Shown here: positions 61,082-64,000 of the stretch, piece by piece
How the letters are laid out: each line of letters opens with the position of its first letter
Numbering within the stretch: the stretch's first letter is position 1
Source: Schmidtea polychroa
Taxonomy: Eukaryota
Assembly: GCA_044892525.1 (NCBI GenBank)
Contig: CM097885.1
Location: 86,552,001-86,616,000 of the forward strand
DNA length: 64,000 nt
Direction of reading: 5' to 3'
Notes under the pieces: model-generated
Seen by the model: the letters and a program-made list of their open reading frames with translations, nothing else
Told to the model about the DNA's origin: nothing
Database searches by the model: none
Program-made: the position numbers and the translations under genes

Positions 61082-61179
61082 AGTCCACAACACCTCGTAT
61101 TCCCAAGCGGTCACCCATCCAAGTACTAACGAGGCCTTAACCTGCTTAACTTCCGAGATCGAACGAGATCGGGTGAACC
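61082..61179 (-). pseudogene. RNA5S: 5'-truncated 5S rRNA gene (nt 22-119) downstream of E9
   Basis: Same junction. Confidence 0.95.
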
Positions 61180-64000
61180 GTAAAAGTTTATTATTAAAAC
61201 AAATTTGAATTTTTGTACAAGCGGACAATGCTCAACATGGAGCACGCCATTCGGAAAATAACAAAGTCAAAAGAGTCAGAAAGATATCAAATAATCACAA
61301 ATGTTTGAGAGTTTTTCGACTCAATTGTCAATGCTTCTTTTCTGAACTGTCCTCGGCTCTGATTTGTGAAATTGTCATCGGATCAGTGAATTTGATTGTC
61401 CGGCTTTGCACATCGATGATTTGAGACAGCAGATTTGAGGTGCTGCAACTTGTCTGAAGGTCTAATCAGTCTGTTGTGAGTTATTGACAGGACTCGAATG
61501 CAAACGAGGGATCATCAGATGACATCCGAGCAACAGCAGACTTATCAGGATCTTGACTGAAATCAGCAATCATCGCTATGCAGAATATGACCTTTTTACA
61601 TCTAGATATTTTTACAGAAAGATAGCATGTATACATATATATTTATAAATAATCCACGTACAAGAGGGAATATCTAAAAAGTCTAAAAAATCTAATAATA
61701 CATAAATACTTTTATACACAAAACATTTAAATTAAAAATTTAAACTATGATAATGCCAATAGGGGGAATGAATGTGCCTTGAATCATTTAATACTCGGGA
61801 ATTTGAATTTATCGAGATCAATCAAGACGCCGTTTTTGTGGTAGTGCCACCGTCTTGCAGAGTGTGAAATATTGCTCATGGCACAATCTCTCATTAAGCC
61901 TTTCAAACGACTACGATCAATTCCTATTTTGAGAAGAATTTCAGGAGTCTTTGGAGGGAAAGAACCTAAAGAACCGATGATACAGGTATCAAGTTCAACA
62001 TTGAAATCAGGTTTGACATCTTTTATTTGTCTCCTGAGTGATTCATATTTTTGCAGATTGAGCGAGTCAACGTTTTCAAAATTATTCACAGTGTCGCACG
62101 GACATTTCATGTCAACTAGAAAGATCTTTTTCCTTGCCAAATCCGTGATCATCAAGTCAATTCGTTCCTTGGAGTATGGAACAAGTGAACAAACATGGTC
62201 AACAACAACAATCAGATTTGGGTTTGTTGTAAGGTGAGAAGTTATCAGTTTAAGACAGTCATTGTGGCGCTCAGCACCAAGAGTAAGATGAACCTTACAA
62301 GATTGAATAATGTGTGACATTGTCTCCTCTTCACTGTGACATAGTCGACAGAGTCTAGTGTCACCTCTATTATGTGGTTTAGCTTTGTTGGAAAGGGTGT
62401 TTGTGCGAGCTCGGTGAATAAAGTTCCAAGCAAATTCCGACATGTCACCTCGAAAGATTGCTTTATTTATCTTAGGTGCAAGTTTTATCGCCGAAATAAT
62501 GAAACCCGAGGTACAGCTTTTTTCCCATTTTGAAAGATAAGAGCCATGAAGAGCCATGTGTAAAACTTTCGATGTGGTTTTGCGAAGATCACTAGTTAGA
62601 ATGCATGTGCCACGTATTTCACTTGTAATATAAAGTGATGGTTCTTTCTTTGTGACTATAAATGAGATGTTTATGTCATGTTCTTTTTTAAAGAAAGCAA
62701 TCGCCGTTCTAACTCTCTGAAATCGAGTCTTTCTACCAGAATGAACAGGTTTTGATTCTTTACCATTGAACCAATCAAGACTTTCTTGTAGTGTTGGTGT
62801 TTTAATACCGAGTCGTGGTCCAGTTACAAAGTTAAGAGAGTCGAGGTTAATCTTTCGCGCGTATTCACATTTCGAAGTAAGGAGTCTGAAAAAGTGTGTT
62901 ATTGTCTGCGTGTGATATTCATCAAAAAGATCAACGCAGTTTGCCCCTCCGTTTTCAGTTGAATTGTAAAAATAACTTACTTCAGAGTGATTAGGCAAGA
63001 ACATCATTTTCCTAAAACAATTTCTTAATTCGCTAGTGATGTTTACAGAAAGATTTTTGTTCTCACTAGATTTTGAAAGAGCACTAGTTTTAATTTCACG
63101 TGTTCTAAAAGGAAAGATCAAACGAGAGTGGACAAAGACCTTATATGCTTTAAGTTTCTGCCAGCCAAGTAAGTCAGAGTCAGCAAGTTTTCTAGTATCA
63201 GAGACTGCTTTCTTAAGAATCTCATATGGACTTTGATCAGTTTCCTCACCAACTGGGACGCCAAGATACTTATAGAATTCATTTGGCAGCAATTTCTTTA
63301 TTTTGATGTCATTAATTACGATTTCACTTTCCGATTGGGTCTTTGGAAGTTGTAAATACCCACATTTTTCAGGCCGATATACGAAACCAATTTCAGCAGC
63401 AGTTGTCACAGCTATATTTGTGATTTTCTGTAGGTCATTAGCAGATTTTGCAACAAGAGCAATATCGTCAGCATATGCCAGAATCTTGACAGGAGATTCT
63501 CCAATCATAAAGGGTTCACAGTCAAATCTAGAGACAGCTTCAAGTACAGGGTTGATGGCCAAAGCAAACAAGATCATCGAAATAGGACATCCTTGTTTGA
63601 CACCCTGTTTTATTGGAATTTTCGGAGTCAAGATTGGACCACAACTATAAAATGTGCTTGTGTCGGAATATAACATTTGCAGAATAAAAGCAAACTCCTC
63701 ACTTACTCCAACGAATCGAAGTAAGGACCACATATACTCATGTGGGACACTGCCAAAAGCGTCTTTTATATCGAGCCAGGCTATAGTAATAGGAGAGTTC
63801 TTACTGTATTTTGAGTGTTCTAGGGCCGACGAAAGAATGGAATTGTGTTCAACACATCCATCATGTCTGGAGCCACCTTTTTGTCCAACATGCAAAAGGT
63901 CATTTCTCTCTATCCATAATGTCAAACGACTTGCGAGACAAGAGGCAAACAATTTATAAATGACAGAGAGTAAGGCAATTGGACGCCAAGACGATACGTT
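61180..64000 (-). mobile_element. E9: family B element, 3' part (continues beyond right edge)
   Basis: B-type 3' UTR and ORF2 C-terminus. Confidence 0.92.
61784..64000 (-). CDS. E9 ORF2 (partial): RT, CCHC, RLE
   Basis: Track ORF 61784-63952 is the in-window part; its listed start is an internal TTG codon. Confidence 0.9.
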   Translation of the reverse strand, partial: NVSSWRPIALLSVIYKLFASCLASRLTLWIERNDLLHVGQKGGSRHDGCVEHNSILSSALEHSKYSKNSPITIAWLDIKDAFGSVPHEYMWSLLRFVGVSEEFAFILQMLYSDTSTFYSCGPILTPKIPIKQGVKQGCPISMILFALAINPVLEAVSRFDCEPFMIGESPVKILAYADDIALVAKSANDLQKITNIAVTTAAEIGFVYRPEKCGYLQLPKTQSESEIVINDIKIKKLLPNEFYKYLGVPVGEETDQSPYEILKKAVSDTRKLADSDLLGWQKLKAYKVFVHSRLIFPFRTREIKTSALSKSSENKNLSVNITSELRNCFRKMMFLPNHSEVSYFYNSTENGGANCVDLFDEYHTQTITHFFRLLTSKCEYARKINLDSLNFVTGPRLGIKTPTLQESLDWFNGKESKPVHSGRKTRFQRVRTAIAFFKKEHDINISFIVTKKEPSLYITSEIRGTCILTSDLRKTTSKVLHMALHGSYLSKWEKSCTSGFIISAIKLAPKINKAIFRGDMSEFAWNFIHRARTNTLSNKAKPHNRGDTRLCRLCHSEEETMSHIIQSCKVHLTLGAERHNDCLKLITSHLTTNPNLIVVVDHVCSLVPYSKERIDLMITDLARKKIFLVDMKCPCDTVNNFENVDSLNLQKYESLRRQIKDVKPDFNVELDTCIIGSLGSFPPKTPEILLKIGIDRSRLKGLMRDCAMSNISHSARRWHYHKNGVLIDLDKFKFPSIK

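Noticed and set aside
38-63959. Dozens of 60-130 aa plus-strand ORFs repeated in each copy (MMSLITISL..., MLVSEYNIC..., MERVFVRAR...)
   Set aside because: Antisense shadows of ORF1/ORF2, many with TTG/GTG starts; recur only because the element is repeated and vary between families

Overview
Eukaryotic (metazoan-like 5S sequence, AT-rich) 5S rDNA tandem array (307-bp unit = 119-nt gene + 188-bp spacer, minus strand). About 95% of the window is nine copies (E1-E9, two cut by the window edges) of an ~8.1-8.3 kb site-specific non-LTR retrotransposon. Every visible 3' junction is between nt 21 and 22 of the 5S gene, in the sense orientation, with no poly(A) tail and no target-site duplication. Eight of 13 visible 5S units are interrupted. 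Two sibling families alternate: A (ORF1 MTEDW..., ORF2 ...FNNN) and B (ORF1 MRRNMNF..., ORF2 ...FPSIK). ORF2 encodes a Ulp1/C48-like cysteine protease, two degenerate copies of it, an RT (YADD), a CCHC knuckle and a restriction-like endonuclease, i.e. a NeSL-like RLE element. ORF1 (~900-970 aa) has no domain I recognise. Main candidate novelty: in all 7 intact junctions ORF1 and ORF2 are in the same frame, separated by a single UGA; ORF2 has no AUG at its start; and a conserved 11-13 bp stem-loop begins 10 nt after the UGA. This suggests retrovirus-like programmed readthrough to an ORF1-protease-RT-endonuclease polyprotein. Also present: family-specific fixed target deletions (25 vs 86 bp), an A/B mosaic copy, two in-frame internal deletions (one fusing the ORF1 AUG to RT-RLE), a nonsense ORF1 allele and variant 5S genes. 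All alignments were done by eye and no database searches were run.
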